Shown piece after piece: positions 38,701 through 51,202 of a stretch of DNA of 51,202 nt; within the stretch, counting starts at the first letter, position 1; each line of letters starts with the position of its first letter. Both the position numbers and the translations under genes were made by a program. The notes below the pieces were generated by a model. The model saw nothing but the letters and a program-made list of their open reading frames with translations. It was not told the DNA's origin and made no database searches. The stretch spans positions 260,863 through 312,064 of the forward strand of contig CAJNYD010000132.1 in assembly GCA_905331295.1 (NCBI GenBank), written 5' to 3'. Source of the stretch: Rotaria socialis (taxonomy: Eukaryota).

Positions 38701-39524
38701 AATAATCTTGTGAAATGAAATCACAGTTTAATATTGATTTTACGATGACTAAACTGGAATTGAACTTCTCAGGCAGTCAAATTGTGTGTTTCAAACAGTT
38801 TTTTGTGTACTCCAAAAAAAATGAGTACACTCTAGATTCGGTCGGTGTGTCCGGCCGGCCGTTAACACGATAAATTTTGAAAGCCTCACCCAATTGTCAT
38901 GAAATTTTGTACACATAATGATTTCATTAATATCTCAGTCGAGTTCGAAGATGAAAGCAATCTGTCAAGAAATGACTGAGTTATCGAAAAAATTGTCACT
39001 ATTGAGCAGACTATCCCTGAGGGAGGTACAGAGATTTTTTGAAAAAAAAAGTGTTTTTCTCAGAATTATTCACAACATATATAAATCGACTCAATCTTTA
39101 ACGCTGATTCCGAATCTAATACTAGTTTTGAACTAAATCGTAGCTTTCTAACGAAACATCGCCTGAAAACGGTCTCAAAATGCACAAAAACTGCATCCAG
39201 AAACCAAAGTGCCTAGTTTCTCATGGTAATTTTGGTGTTCAGACATTCTAGAATGACTTATATGTCCCATGTACTTTTTGCAGTACACATAGCTTTCGGA
39301 TGAAATCCGAAGTTTCCACATTTATTTAAATGAATAATATTACTTCGAAGAATCTGATTAATATCATATTCAGATGTATCGGATTGAATAATATATTTTG
39401 GTTGACATATTTTTGGAGAAACATCATGATGAGACAACATTACGGTACAGATGCTGTTGGGTGCACCGTCTGGATAACCATATGCAAGTTTGATGCTAAT
39501 TAAGATAAAGATAAATTTAATCAT
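35749..39524 (-). CDS. FRRS1: Ferric-chelate reductase 1 / SDR2-like: signal peptide, reeler, two DOMON domains, cytochrome b561
   Basis: Reeler YPDGAP...C..M..HH and FKGILLVA. DOMON motifs WTAIGFSLDQDMG and WLAMGLSLDESMG. The b561 domain has the heme histidines KAHG, WFGIHR, AHSIVG and FNYVHATVG. Confidence 0.88.
38799..39325 (+). mobile_element. Helentron-associated non-autonomous element (HINE/DINE-1-like) in FRRS1 intron 1
   Basis: T-run start, subTIR tgtgtactc (38804-38812) with its inverted copy gagtacac (38823-38830), microsatellite-like cggtcggtgtgtccggccggccgt, 3' subTIR agtacaca (39282-39289), stem-loop ttcggat-gaa-atccgaa (39295-39311) and a T-rich end. Confidence 0.7.
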
Positions 39525-41145
39525 CTAAAACAAATTTAAAATTTAAAGTTAGAATTTATTAGTTATTTCTGTCAATATTCGTGATAAATGTTTTATCAAA
39601 TTAGTAGTCCTTGTGCATTTTCACCTATGATATTATGTCAAAGTCAATATTTGTTGTAGTGTTGTTCCTAGAATATCGTATACCTGACATCGAGTCATTA
39701 TTTATGTATGATATTTAGGAGTATCGCAATCTTCTAGTTTATCTGTCAGTATAATGTTTCGAATGTAAAACCATGCTGGAGTCTTTATACTCTAAATTTG
39801 ACCTTAAGCATTATTTACATCAAGAAAATGTAAGAATAAAAAAAGATTTATTATCAATCAACCGTCAACAATGACAAGCAGTTTTTTTTTATGAAAGCGC
39901 ATATTTAAGATTATGTTAATAGTGACGATGATTCGTAGGTACTATAGCTATTTTTTTACCTGTAATCTCTATTGAATCATCAGGTTTCGAGAGCATTTAT
40001 AAACAGAAAAACTTCTTCTGTAGTTAAAAAATCATCATATTGATTACTGTCATAGATACGTATGAAAAACAAACAATGAAATAACTTTGTTTTCTATCTG
40101 AAGGAAAAATAAAATATACTATTACGTGCGTACTAAGGTAGATCTATATTATTTAGTTAATCCTGTCTTTCCTTCATGTTTATTGCCGTTAATTTTCTTT
40201 TATTACGTTTTGGTTTTCAATGGTCGTAAATAGTTATATGGATATCAAAGATTATAAATTACGTCCTTCAAATATATATATTTATTTATTCATTCATATT
40301 AAGAGGATATTGCTCATGTGAAATACTAAACAAACGGTACGATCAACTACCGAATGAGTATTTAATCATCTCCAAATACTTACGTGATAGCACTTTGCTT
40401 TGTCTTGTCGAAAGACTTCTATATCTACAGTCATCGGTTTTTTTTACCTAAGTACTTGTCTAGCATTTTATCAAACAATGACATGACAGATATTTGAAAA
40501 CATAAACGTTTCAGTTCATTTATTGAAGATATAACAAAAAACACACATTCTAAAAATTGATGTGTGATATTAAAGCCGCACGAGAAACAGACAACAGCAA
40601 TATTATATGGTTGTCTTAGTTTTAGATTAATGAAATCAAATTGCAAATTAGAATTAATAAAACGAAAACTAATCTGCATTCCAATATGAAACTGCTTGTC
40701 AAATTTTTATTAAAAACAAATAACAGCAAAGCCTTCTAAATGATTTTCATAAGGTTTCAATAACATTTTCATCTTTGTACATAGAATCTGCAAAATGTTA
40801 TGCTTAAACATTGACAAACATGAAGACATACATCAAAATGTCAATGGATTTTAAAAACGCGAAATAAATGTGTGAAGTAATGTAAAGACAAACAAAAGTA
40901 AAGCGATGTGTGACGAAGAAAAAGAAGAAGAAAAATATGGCCAATTAAATGAAATAGTTGAAAAATTTTATGTTTACTTACCTATCGCTAAAAACTCGAA
41001 GCAAAATTCATACATGTGACAGAATATTATAAAAAAAAGGACACATGTATTGCATTAACATTCAAATTCGATATTTTAGTGAATACTACAAAGACACAAC
41101 AAAAATGATTAGAGATAATTCACAGTATTTTACCTTGTAGTTTAA

Positions 41146-43288
41146 ATGACAACGAAACGTAATAAAAGTAAGTGTTAATCTTGGTTCTTCTTTCTTGAAA
41201 TATCATTTTTTGAATGTCACTGTGCATAAAATACGATACAAAGTAGAATCCTGTTATTCATTTTATTCAAAAAAAACAATAGGCTTCCCTATGCTTGATC
41301 GTGTTGCACCTGCGCCTTCAAGTTATCGTAGTGATCCAAAAGTATCTAATGACGCCGAAGCCCTACGTGCGAATTTCGATAATCGATTAACCAAAGATGA
41401 TATAGCTAGTATATTCTCTGGTTATCATAATACGAATGATTCAACAAAGTTAGCTACATCAGCACGACCTACTGTTGAACTCTTACGTGCTAATTCGCCT
41501 ACACTTAAGCGTTTAATAGCTGCACGGGCAAAACTTGATAAATATGTTAGCTCAAAATTAAATACTGATTTCACTAATCGAGAATCAATAGACGGACTAT
41601 ATGAAACAAGTTTTATATCAAATCATGAAAAATCAGCAACCGCAAATATTCGTATTTCATCATCAGCACATAAACGAATTAAATCACAAAAAACTTTCAG
41701 TAGTTTACCACTTGATAAAGTAACTTATGAAAGATCTGCGCATACTGGTAATGTTAGACAAAAATGTTCATTAGAAATTTGGTTGCCTAAAGCTGGTGCT
41801 GATGATGATGATAATAATGATGATGAGCATATAAATCGAGTAACAGCAACGACAACAACACCCCCACTACCATTACCCATACTACCAGTACCCACACTAC
41901 CATTACCACCAGAACCAACATCTGATTCGAAAACAACAGAAAAAAGACCTCAATCGCCTCAGTCGTCATCTATCAAAAGTCTTCGATCGAGCATCATAAA
42001 AACAGCAGCATCAACAATAACTATTACTACTGCATCAACTGATGAAACACTTTCGAAAAAACCTGAACCTGCTGTTATACCTCGTGTTTATCATTATGAA
42101 GATTATCTACAATATCCAACGGAAGAACGACCACGTTCAAGTAAAAGTAGTAATACAAGTAAATCGGACTTTAAGACATCAAACAAAACTATTAAACGTC
42201 ATCGTACACGTCAAGAAGCTCGTCGTCTATCATCTTCAACAAATCGTACTGATGATACTTTGCCATCAGGCACATCAGAAAAGCCGATGTCATCAAAAAA
42301 TTTAATTGCAAATATCAAACAAACATCTACAGGTTATGAACCAAAAGGTACATTAGGATCTGGTAATACTTTAATGATTCATGAATTGATGCAAAAATAT
42401 TCCATGATTAAACGGACTCATCAAGAATTAGTACAAGCAAAACTACAACTTGAAAAACCACGTCAAGATTCTAAAATTACTGCACAAGCATTAAAAGGTA
42501 TTTGATTTAGTCAGAAAACAAAATGATACATTCTTGATTTCTTCTTCTTCTTCTTCTTCTTCGAAGACAATTCGCTTGGATCACCTTTTACATCAGATAC
42601 AGCATCTTTTACTTCTTCTGATCATCTGTCACTTTCGGTGAAAAAAATTGTGAGCGAAAATTCGCCACCTCGATCAGCTGGTACTTATAATAGTACAAAT
42701 ACACGATTACTTGAGCGTCGTTCAGCATATCGTCAACCAGCACATTCCGACATATTGCCTCAAACACGTTTAATCTCTATTGTGAAAAATTTTCACACAC
42801 GTCAAACATCAGCCAATACATCCACAACTCACTTACCAGCAGTTATCGGAAAGAAGAATGATGATTCAATTCATTATTTAGAACGTAGTAAAACACTTCA
42901 TGTTATGTTCGATATTCCTATTGATCATTCAAATAATATTTCATCACCTGTACCTGTTCCACCAGATAGTCCTGACAATGTTTCCGATTCATCTAATTTA
43001 TTACCACGTAAAACTAATGGTGTTGAACCCGTATCTACACGTAGTCCTAAACGATCTATACCATCTGCATCCACGACTCTTCGTCCGCAACAGCAACAAC
43101 AAAAGCAGCAAAGTACTCAACCACTTGTTCATTTAGTTCAGTATCAAAATATTCAAAATTCCGCACAACGCTATCATCATTCTGCACATGCACCAGCAAC
43201 TACAAGTGTTTCCGCAAATAAAGCGCTCGTCCATTTGAAATATAGTAATAGTGGAATTACAGATCGAAATTATCTTCTGCCTGAATAG
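41146..43288 (+). CDS. Ser/Thr/Pro-rich, largely low-complexity protein of unknown function; exons 41146-41167, 41283-42497, 42567-43288
   Basis: Two long ORFs joined in frame by a phase-1 GT-AG intron. A short ATG exon (MTTKRNK) with an A|gtaagt donor is in frame. Confidence 0.75.
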
Positions 43289-43524
43289 ATATTTATATTT
43301 TCTCTTTATAGACGAAGTTTTATTTTTTTAATTTTTTTTCAAGCATTTCAAATCAACATAGTTGCATTATAGCAAGAATATAAGAAATAACATAATGGCT
43401 CTTTTTGTGTAACAAGAAATTATTATTAACATATACAACTACATACAAAAAAAATCAAATACGTAAAAACTACAGTTCTGATGAAAGAGATAGTATAAGT
43501 GTAACCAAACCATAATAAAAATTA

Positions 43525-46500
43525 TTATTGAATCGTTTTACGTTGACGTTTATGTATTCGATGATCTGGTGTTGTTTGACGTCGAAGACTTTTTGTTGAT
43601 GAATCAATAAGACTGGATGACGACGATGGTGATAATTTTGAAGGTGTTCGAATATTTGATAAAGTATTCAATATATTATCATCACTATCCGTTTCATTAT
43701 CACGATGAAACATACTTGATGAATCATTATCATCAACTTGATTATCATCGTTTTTCCACGGAGTACGCGCGTTTTCGATAGGCTAGAAATAGATAAAGAC
43801 GATTAAATTTTTATTAAAAACAAAAAGCTGTAAGCATAATTATTGAGATTATAGATGTGAAATACAATCAAGTCGTTTTTGTTAATCGGATGAAAATACA
43901 TTTGATTTAAAGACATATTGCTTCAAAAATTTTTTTACTTGAACTTCTTGCAATACTACAAGATCCGAATGTTATGGTAAGATACTAAATTTAGAAAACA
44001 TTTTCTGTTGAACAAATGCAGAGAAATGTCTACGAAAGAATATCTTGTTATATAACAAAGGAAAGTATATTTTCTTCGGTGAAAGGAAATAGCAATTGTT
44101 AGCTAGATACGGATTAGTACTAAACTTTATTTGTATCAGTCATGATTCACAACAACGTGCGTTCACTTGTAACGGTGAAAATTCAAACTTTGATAATCGT
44201 GATAGATCTAGTGATGACTTACGTATTGAAATAAGTACAATGATTGATGAATGCAATAATGACTCCGAATATTTATCAATATGTCATCGATTCGAATTCG
44301 AAGATAATAATTCAAAGAAAATGATAGTAAAAAAACTAACGAAATACCTTGAATCAACATCTAATAATGGTATTCGAGGCTTGATAGATAGAAATTCATA
44401 TTTTGAAGACTCTTTTAAAATTTTTCTATGCTACAATCATAATAATCAGCAGACCAAAGATTGTTTTTTTTTGTATGTACACGAAGTTCCTATCAGAAAC
44501 TTTCATTGTCGTCTTTAGAAAACACGATTCAGATTTCTATCTCTATACTTCAATCTTTCTTTTTGGGTCATGTATCATAAAAATGAAAAATTTCTTACTA
44601 AAAATAATTCCATAGCATAATTTAACATGAATTGTGCATGTCCGTGAATATCTAGATCTCGATGATACATTGATAAAGCATTAGTAAACATTAATAAAAT
44701 ATCGCGTTCAAATAATAGAAGATTATCATCATAATCACCATTATTCATACGTTCACGTATTTCAGGTATATCTAATGGTTTCTTGACATGAACATAATAT
44801 TCTTCAGGTAATTTAAATGACTTAAGTGGTTTAGCAAAATCAGAACCATATCTAAAGTAAGTTAATAAATAAAAAGAAACACAATTGAAATTTATATTAC
44901 TTAGCAGTTTTTAAATTAGCAAGAACTGACATAATTGATTTACGGTAATTGTTGGAGATTGAGACTGTTCTCAAACTTAACAAAAAATAAAAATAAATTT
45001 GATTTTTGTTTTTGTTTTTGTTCTAAAAGATTCAATTTTATACCGTGATTTTCTTTTCGAACTATTTGCTACTGTTGATTCATCATTTTCATTGGATTTT
45101 GATATAATTGAAGCTTTAGAAGTATCTGCATTTGATACTGTTTCATCAACAGCAAAACTAGCATAATGATTACTCTGTACTGTAACATCAGTGTGAGCAT
45201 CGAGACTTTGTTCAGTCGTATCCATTTGGTTCGTTTCATTGTCTTCAACAGACACACGTCTTGATGTTGTTGAAATCGATTCATTTTCAGTTACATGACG
45301 ATTTTGATCTTGTGTCAGTTGCACTTGATCAGTACCGAACATATAGTTATCATTCGAACTACTTACATTTGTATTCAGATAATGATTCGATGCTACCAAT
45401 GGAACATTACTACTAGAAATATGAATCATGAACTAAGAAATAAAGAACATAAATATTAGATATACCTGAACGATGTTTGTTCTTCAGTCGATAGTCGAGT
45501 ATCGGATGTTGATTGATTACTAATACCAGTACTACTTGCATGTTCATATAAATATCTATCATTCGAATTAGATACTTCAAAAGTTGCTGGTGCTGGCGGT
45601 AGTGGCGGAATAGTTAATGATTCATTTATTTCCGTTTGTTCAGCAGACATAAATGATGACTCATCCTGTTCAATAACTATACTTGTACTATTTATGGGTT
45701 CATCCTTATGAGGCGTGTATCCTGTTTCGACTCTATCATCGCCATCATCATCATTATTTGAACTAAGTTCAATTTCTTCGATATCAGCTTCATTTGATTG
45801 ATTATTATTATTATTATTATTATTATTTGAAAGATCTTTTTCATCTTTAAGAAAAACATTATTTGACTGTGCGATTATTGGAAATGGCGATGTATATGTT
45901 GTTTCAGATTTAATATGATTATCAATTGACGGTACTTGACGATCATTTTCAAGTTTCGCTTCGACCGGTTCTTCTTGAGAAATATGATGTTTAATTATTG
46001 GTTGGTGATGAAAGGCTGGTGGTAGTGGAGGTAGCAATTCAACTGGACATGATGAATATTGATGCTAATAAAAGAGAAAAAAAAGATATTTAGATTATTC
46101 GGTTCTACTAAAATTTCAATTATGAAAATGATTTTTACAATCGATACTTGTTTTGTCATATGTGATTTAAGACGCTCAAGCATTTTTATTTTTTGTTCTC
46201 GTTCATTAGCTTGGATATTACTATCAGTTGAAGCACTAAGAGGAAACAAAACGTAGAAGCAATTTCATAACGATAACACAAACAAGAGAGATTGATTCTT
46301 TTACCTATTTTTAATATCATGTAAAATATCACCTATATCATTTGGTTTAAGCCGACCAGTTTTAAACAAATGTATGAAATCATATATGGCCATAAGCAAA
46401 TCTCTTGATTCAGCCATTCTTCCACATAGATCACCATAATAAATACGTTTTATTGTTGAAAACACATAGCTATCAAGAGGTTCAGCTAATTCTTTTTGCC

Positions 46501-47202
46501 TTGAAAAGAAGAAAAATTTCGATATAAAACACTTCAGCAAACATACTACTGGTAAAGTTGTTTGGACGAATTTGTTTCAAAGAAAATTTAACCTTCACAT
46601 ATGGTTATGAGAATGCAAGGTAACTAATGTTTATCTCTTCACACTTAAAAGCATACAATTTTTTTAGACAAAGTAAATCTATCTGAAAAAGTTCCTAGCG
46701 CATTCCCAAAACAACTTAAACAAAGTCTTTCATGTGATTAACACGAGAAAGATTCCTTCTATTTTTGAACATATTTCCTAATTTAATATTTAATTTAACC
46801 CACGTAAAGTGTAATAAGTTAGGTCATATACTAGAACGAGACGTTATTAATATATGATCTTTTTCGTACAACAATAACGTCCGTTCCATTCCGTACTGCA
46901 AAACAATTTCTTTAGGTCGTATTCCACAAATTCGTTCAATATTGTATTTATTTACCAGTCTTGGCTGTATTGTTGACACAAAAGGCCGAATTGTGCTTTA
47001 CAAATCTGTAAAGAAAAAAGCAGTACCGGAATAAGCATGAACTAGTTCCAAAATAACTACAAGTAGTTACTTGTGGTGTTGTATCAATAAAATCAGCTAG
47101 ATCTTTCGAAATTAAATCCCATCGTTCTGAATTCAAACCATATTTACAAACAGTAAACGCTAGCATATAGTTTTGTTTCATATCCCATTTATGGTTCGTC
47201 AT
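43525..47202 (-). CDS. BRD8: BRD8-like protein (N-terminal SANT-like/coiled region, C-terminal bromodomain)
   Basis: N-terminus WDMKQNYMLAFTVCKYGLNSERWDLISKDL resembles BRD8. Bromodomain YGSDFAKPLKSFKLPEEYYVHVKKPLDIPEIRERMNNGDYDDNLLLFERDILLMFTNA. Last exon 43782-43525 is in phase 0. Orthology is less certain than the domain call. Confidence 0.7.
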
Positions 47203-47308
47203 CTGAAACAAAACAAAAAAATTGTTTTGTGTTATTTCTCTATTTGGATTGAACAAAAAAAAATAATTGTTTTTTTTTCATGCACAAAAGAATGTATCTT
47301 ATAAATGA

Positions 47309-47710
47309 TTATTTGTATTTAATTCTGTCAATAGCAACATAGAACTCTTTTTCTAATTGCCTAGTTGATGGATTTATCGGAGAAAATCCTATTGGACCGC
47401 GTTCGCAATTAGCACAAACAAGATATTTTGTTTGATTATTAACGGTATTTGAGAAACCAACATTTTCAAATGTAAACATATCCGATACAAGCCAAAATGA
47501 TTCTAATGAATCACATATATGATCACTACCATTGATTGACAGACGATTACTTTCTGTATCTGATGACGGAGTTTTTTCAATGTTCATTTGTGGTAATAAT
47601 GTTGGTTTATTTGTTAAAATGGCTGTTTGTGGACGAAGTATAATATCATCACAGAAAGAACATACAATTGTTTGTGTATTACGATCACCAACTGCTGGTA
47701 AACTATCCAT
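47309..47710 (-). CDS. RABIF: Guanine nucleotide exchange factor MSS4 / Rab-interacting factor, intronless CDS
   Basis: Two Zn-binding CxxC motifs, FWLVSDMFTFENVGFS and KYLVCANCERGPIG. Confidence 0.93.
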   Translation of the reverse strand: MDSLPAVGDRNTQTIVCSFCDDIILRPQTAILTNKPTLLPQMNIEKTPSSDTESNRLSINGSDHICDSLESFWLVSDMFTFENVGFSNTVNNQTKYLVCANCERGPIGFSPINPSTRQLEKEFYVAIDRIKYK

Positions 47711-48016
47711 AAAAAAGCAAGTTTTTTTCTTTTCAATTAATCTATAAAAAGAAAATTTATTTTATTTTTAGAGTCATTCGTAGTATTTATTTTCTGACAA
47801 GTTTCTAAACACAAACACGCATACAGTCATGCGTAAATAGACTAGAGGACAGATATACACAGCGACCAAAAAAATAAGTAAAAAGGGAAGAAAACATATT
47901 TCTACAGTCAACTTTTTTATATCCGAAACTAAGTGAGAAGAAGAAAAAGATTTGCGTGATTATGGACAAAAACCGATTCATAACATTTGAAAAATGAAAT
48001 ATTTCGAAATGAATGT

Positions 48017-48710
48017 CTAATTGAGCATATCAAGTAGACTAGATACATCAATGCGAGAACAATGTGGTGATTGATATCGAATCGTATTTTCAATGCCAGC
48101 GTGAAAGGCAAACAAATTGATACCATTTGTTTGATTGGTAAGCATACGTTCAATGCGTTCATCAGTTGGTATAAGATCATCAAATGTATCTTCATAAGAA
48201 TGACTACTTCTTTGTGGAAGATCATCTTCTGAATTAGAACGTGTCATATTAGTAGATGGGACTTGAGCTATGACAGGTTCATCCGGTTTACTATTTACTT
48301 CTTTAAAACTAGCTAATAATGCAGGATCATCATTAGGTAATGTATGACATATCGGATTATTGTTATTCACAAGTCCTAAGGCACGACGGCGTTGAATAGA
48401 TACTGGTGTTGAAAGTTTAATTTTATTTAAACGAATTGGTGTTTTTATTGTATCATTACACGATTGTAAATCATTCATACTGGTTGTACCAGTAAATTTG
48501 AGACTCTTGATATGATTTGAATAAAAAGCTATATCATTCATTGTCACTGATGATAACATACGATTGCGTACTAGAAATTGTTTTTAAATTCTTAAGATTT
48601 TATTTTATTCCGAATAAATTTTTACCTGGTGTAAACATAGCAGTACGAAGTGGTGTTTTAAATAAAGGAAAATCACAATCATTTTCTTTACTTCGTATTG
48701 TTGTTGACAT
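48017..48710 (-). CDS. Securin-like APC/C substrate; exons 48710-48626 and 48570-48017
   Basis: Spliced start MSTTIRSKEND (KEN box), D-box RRALGLVNN, several TP/SP sites and an acidic C-terminal half (about 210 aa). Confidence 0.6.
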
Positions 48711-50910
48711 TGTTTGTGTTAAATATAGGATCTGAAATAGAGAGCAGCTTTGTTTAAATTGTTTTAGTTACTTTTGAAGAAAAAAGTACACTCAATATTC
48801 GTATTTTTTAAAATTAACCAACGATAGATACTTATTCAAATATCGTATAGAAAACTCTTGGAAAGACAGAAAAGAAGCTAACTGTTTCATCTCATGGTAC
48901 GGAAAAAGATTACTGCTATTATGTTGAATAATGACATTAAACTAATAATATAATGTTTAATATAAAATTTATTTCTCTTATATTTATCATCAATCTAACA
49001 AGATAATATTTACTTCTTAAGAAAACCAAATAAATTTATATTTGTTTTTGTAGCTTATTTCTATGAGTTATTGAAAAGAATGTAAAAGAAAGATGCAAAG
49101 AATCTAATGAAATAATTATTGATATTTTTCCATTAGGTTATAATATTGGAAAATCGTGAACCAACGATGCTAAATAAATAGTCCAACTAAAATGAAATTT
49201 CATGTGAAGTAAACATACCATTTCTTTTGTTTATTTTTTTCTTTTTCAAGATAGTCTTTATCAACTTCATAAAGATTTCTTATTTTACATGTCAAAACAA
49301 ATGAAAATAATATATACAAATACAGCGTCACAATATTGGAAAAAAAAGAGCGAAGAGAAATTTCAATAGCAAATGTACTAGACACTAAAGGGAAAAGTCT
49401 TTGTTCATCACACACACACAAAAGAGTTATATTAAGGAAAAATAAATTGTTAACGTATAATTCTGATAGAATGATAAATAAAAACTAAACGACTGGATAC
49501 AAATCTGTTAACATGCTATACTATGATATTACGATGCATTTCTCTTTGTGACAAGCTCATTCATTTTTACTTTCTTTCTTTTGTCTATGGTCAAGAAATG
49601 AGTCTGTGTGAAATACTAATAAATAATAAATATTATACTGAAAGACTAAAAATCGAATGGTATTTGAATAGTAGAAAAATAATCGAAAGTTTTTACAAAT
49701 GAATAATAGAATTTTTCGTACGTTCGTTTGTTATAAATAGATGTCGTCAGAAGATGATAGATGCCTTTTGATAGCAATTCAAAAACAAATTTAGTTTACA
49801 TTTTTATATATTCTAATTTTAACTTTGAAACTATTGTTGTTTATACATACAATGCAAGTATTTTATATATTTTATCTAGTATCGAATTCATTGATCTAGT
49901 GGTGATTAATGGTTTAGATGTGAAGCTGAATCAAAAGCCAGCTTTTTGTAACATTATAATAACAAAAAATAGAAAGATATGTTCTGAACTATAATTAAGA
50001 TATATTTACATACTAGAGCATCGGAAAGCGTATTGAACTCTCGAAGATGAAAAAATTCAGATAATATTCTATTAAAACGATGATTGAAAGTTGCATTGGA
50101 GTTTAGAACTTGAGAGCGTCCAGTTGCTTTGGTTTTTTTGAATACCGATGATAAAATAATTTTCATTTTTCAAATACTCGTATCCAAAGCGATCGCTGTA
50201 TTGAAGAAAATTTTCATATGCGCATCATAATGAGACGTGATTGAATGAGCACCATATTTAAATATCTTAAGAAATCACTCTTTCCGTATGCTATTCAAGT
50301 TCAAGACAATTTTCCGAAAACAATCAGTTTGCTATTCATAAATCAAATTGTATAGTTAGAACTCATCCAATTAGAATTAAATCATCATGCTAAAGCTTCA
50401 AGTTATATCTTCATTTTAATAGCATTAATTTATATATGTGATAGTATCTCACAAGATTGTACAAGCATACAACAATATTTGAAAAAAGTTGTTCATCTAT
50501 GACGTTTATATAGAAGAGAACATGGTTCTATAATTCAAACGAAAATAGAAAATAATCTAATTGAATGATGTTTCGAAAATCTATCTAAAAGCCTATCTTG
50601 TCGAATATTGTAGATCTTATTAATGACAGTAGCTTCAATTTATGAAAAGTTTCACAGACTGTACACGATTTGCTCAAGCCCAAGAACTTTGGCTAGAGAT
50701 TAGTTTTTAGATATTCATGTAATACTGAAAGTCGAGATCCACGTGATACTTGAGACCAGTAGATTAATTGTTGAGATAAGCTGCATACAATTCGTAAATA
50801 CATGAGGCACTCTCACTCATGGTTAAGTGCACTTTAATTGGTGTAAGAAATGCCCATCTACAACGGACGTTCTTTCTTTCTTTCCTTCTTTTTTTCGGTT
50901 ACTCAATTTA

Positions 50911-51078
50911 GGGCCCAATCACACTAAGAAGTAAATTAACATTACAGTTGAATTAAGCCATGTGATTGGTGCATTAAGAGTTAAGTAATATTTTAGAGGT
51001 GATTTTAACTCTTAATGTATCAATTAGATTACTGAATAAGACTTTAACTTTATTCACAATTCCAGTGCGATTGGGGTC
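50911..51078. mobile_element. Tourist/PIF-Harbinger-like MITE
   Basis: Imperfect TIR gggcccaatcacact / agtgcgattggggtc, flanks tta / ttg, and internal inverted repeat cattaagagttaa / ttaactcttaatg. Confidence 0.6.
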
Positions 51079-51202
51079 TTGAAATCAACCTCTTTATTTA
51101 TTAAGCATGGCTACGGTCAACTGTAAATATAGATCCATATACAGTAAATGATATTATTTTTCTTCGTTCTATAGAAAATAAACTTATTTAATTAGTCTAC
51201 TT

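Noticed and set aside
41787..43136. Alternative-frame and antisense ORFs within the + strand gene
   Set aside because: They are shadow frames of a codon-biased coding sequence.
45413..45465. Apparent premature stop in the BRD8-like gene if the first AG is used
   Set aside because: The downstream tttctag acceptor gives a 53-nt intron and keeps the frame.
1..51202. CRISPR arrays, tRNA/rRNA, spliced-leader RNA gene or horizontally acquired bacterial genes
   Set aside because: No repeat-spacer pattern or recognisable RNA gene by eye, and all recognised genes are typical eukaryotic genes. A covariance-model scan was not possible.

Overview
AT-rich eukaryotic genomic DNA with many short (about 50-70 nt) GT-AG introns. 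Gene content and intron size suggest a bdelloid rotifer, which is an inference. Genes rebuilt by hand, on the minus strand unless noted: a partial unknown CDS at the left edge, VPS51, a possible 76-aa small ORF, a glycine-receptor-like Cys-loop chloride channel, PDXDC1, a Pro-rich protein with several candidate first exons, FRRS1 (reeler, 2 DOMON, cytochrome b561), an unknown Ser/Thr-rich protein (+ strand), a BRD8-like bromodomain gene, MSS4/RABIF and a securin-like gene. Non-autonomous transposons: two tandem MITEs, a Helentron-type HINE in an FRRS1 intron and a Tourist-like MITE. The main finding is that the channel gene carries two complete alternative versions of its loop C-M1-M2 pore module. 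One is an intronless 192-nt exon and the other is a three-exon block of 60+71+61 = 192 nt, both phase 1 to phase 1. This suggests a swappable pore chosen by mutually exclusive splicing. Exon models were read by eye and have no transcript support.
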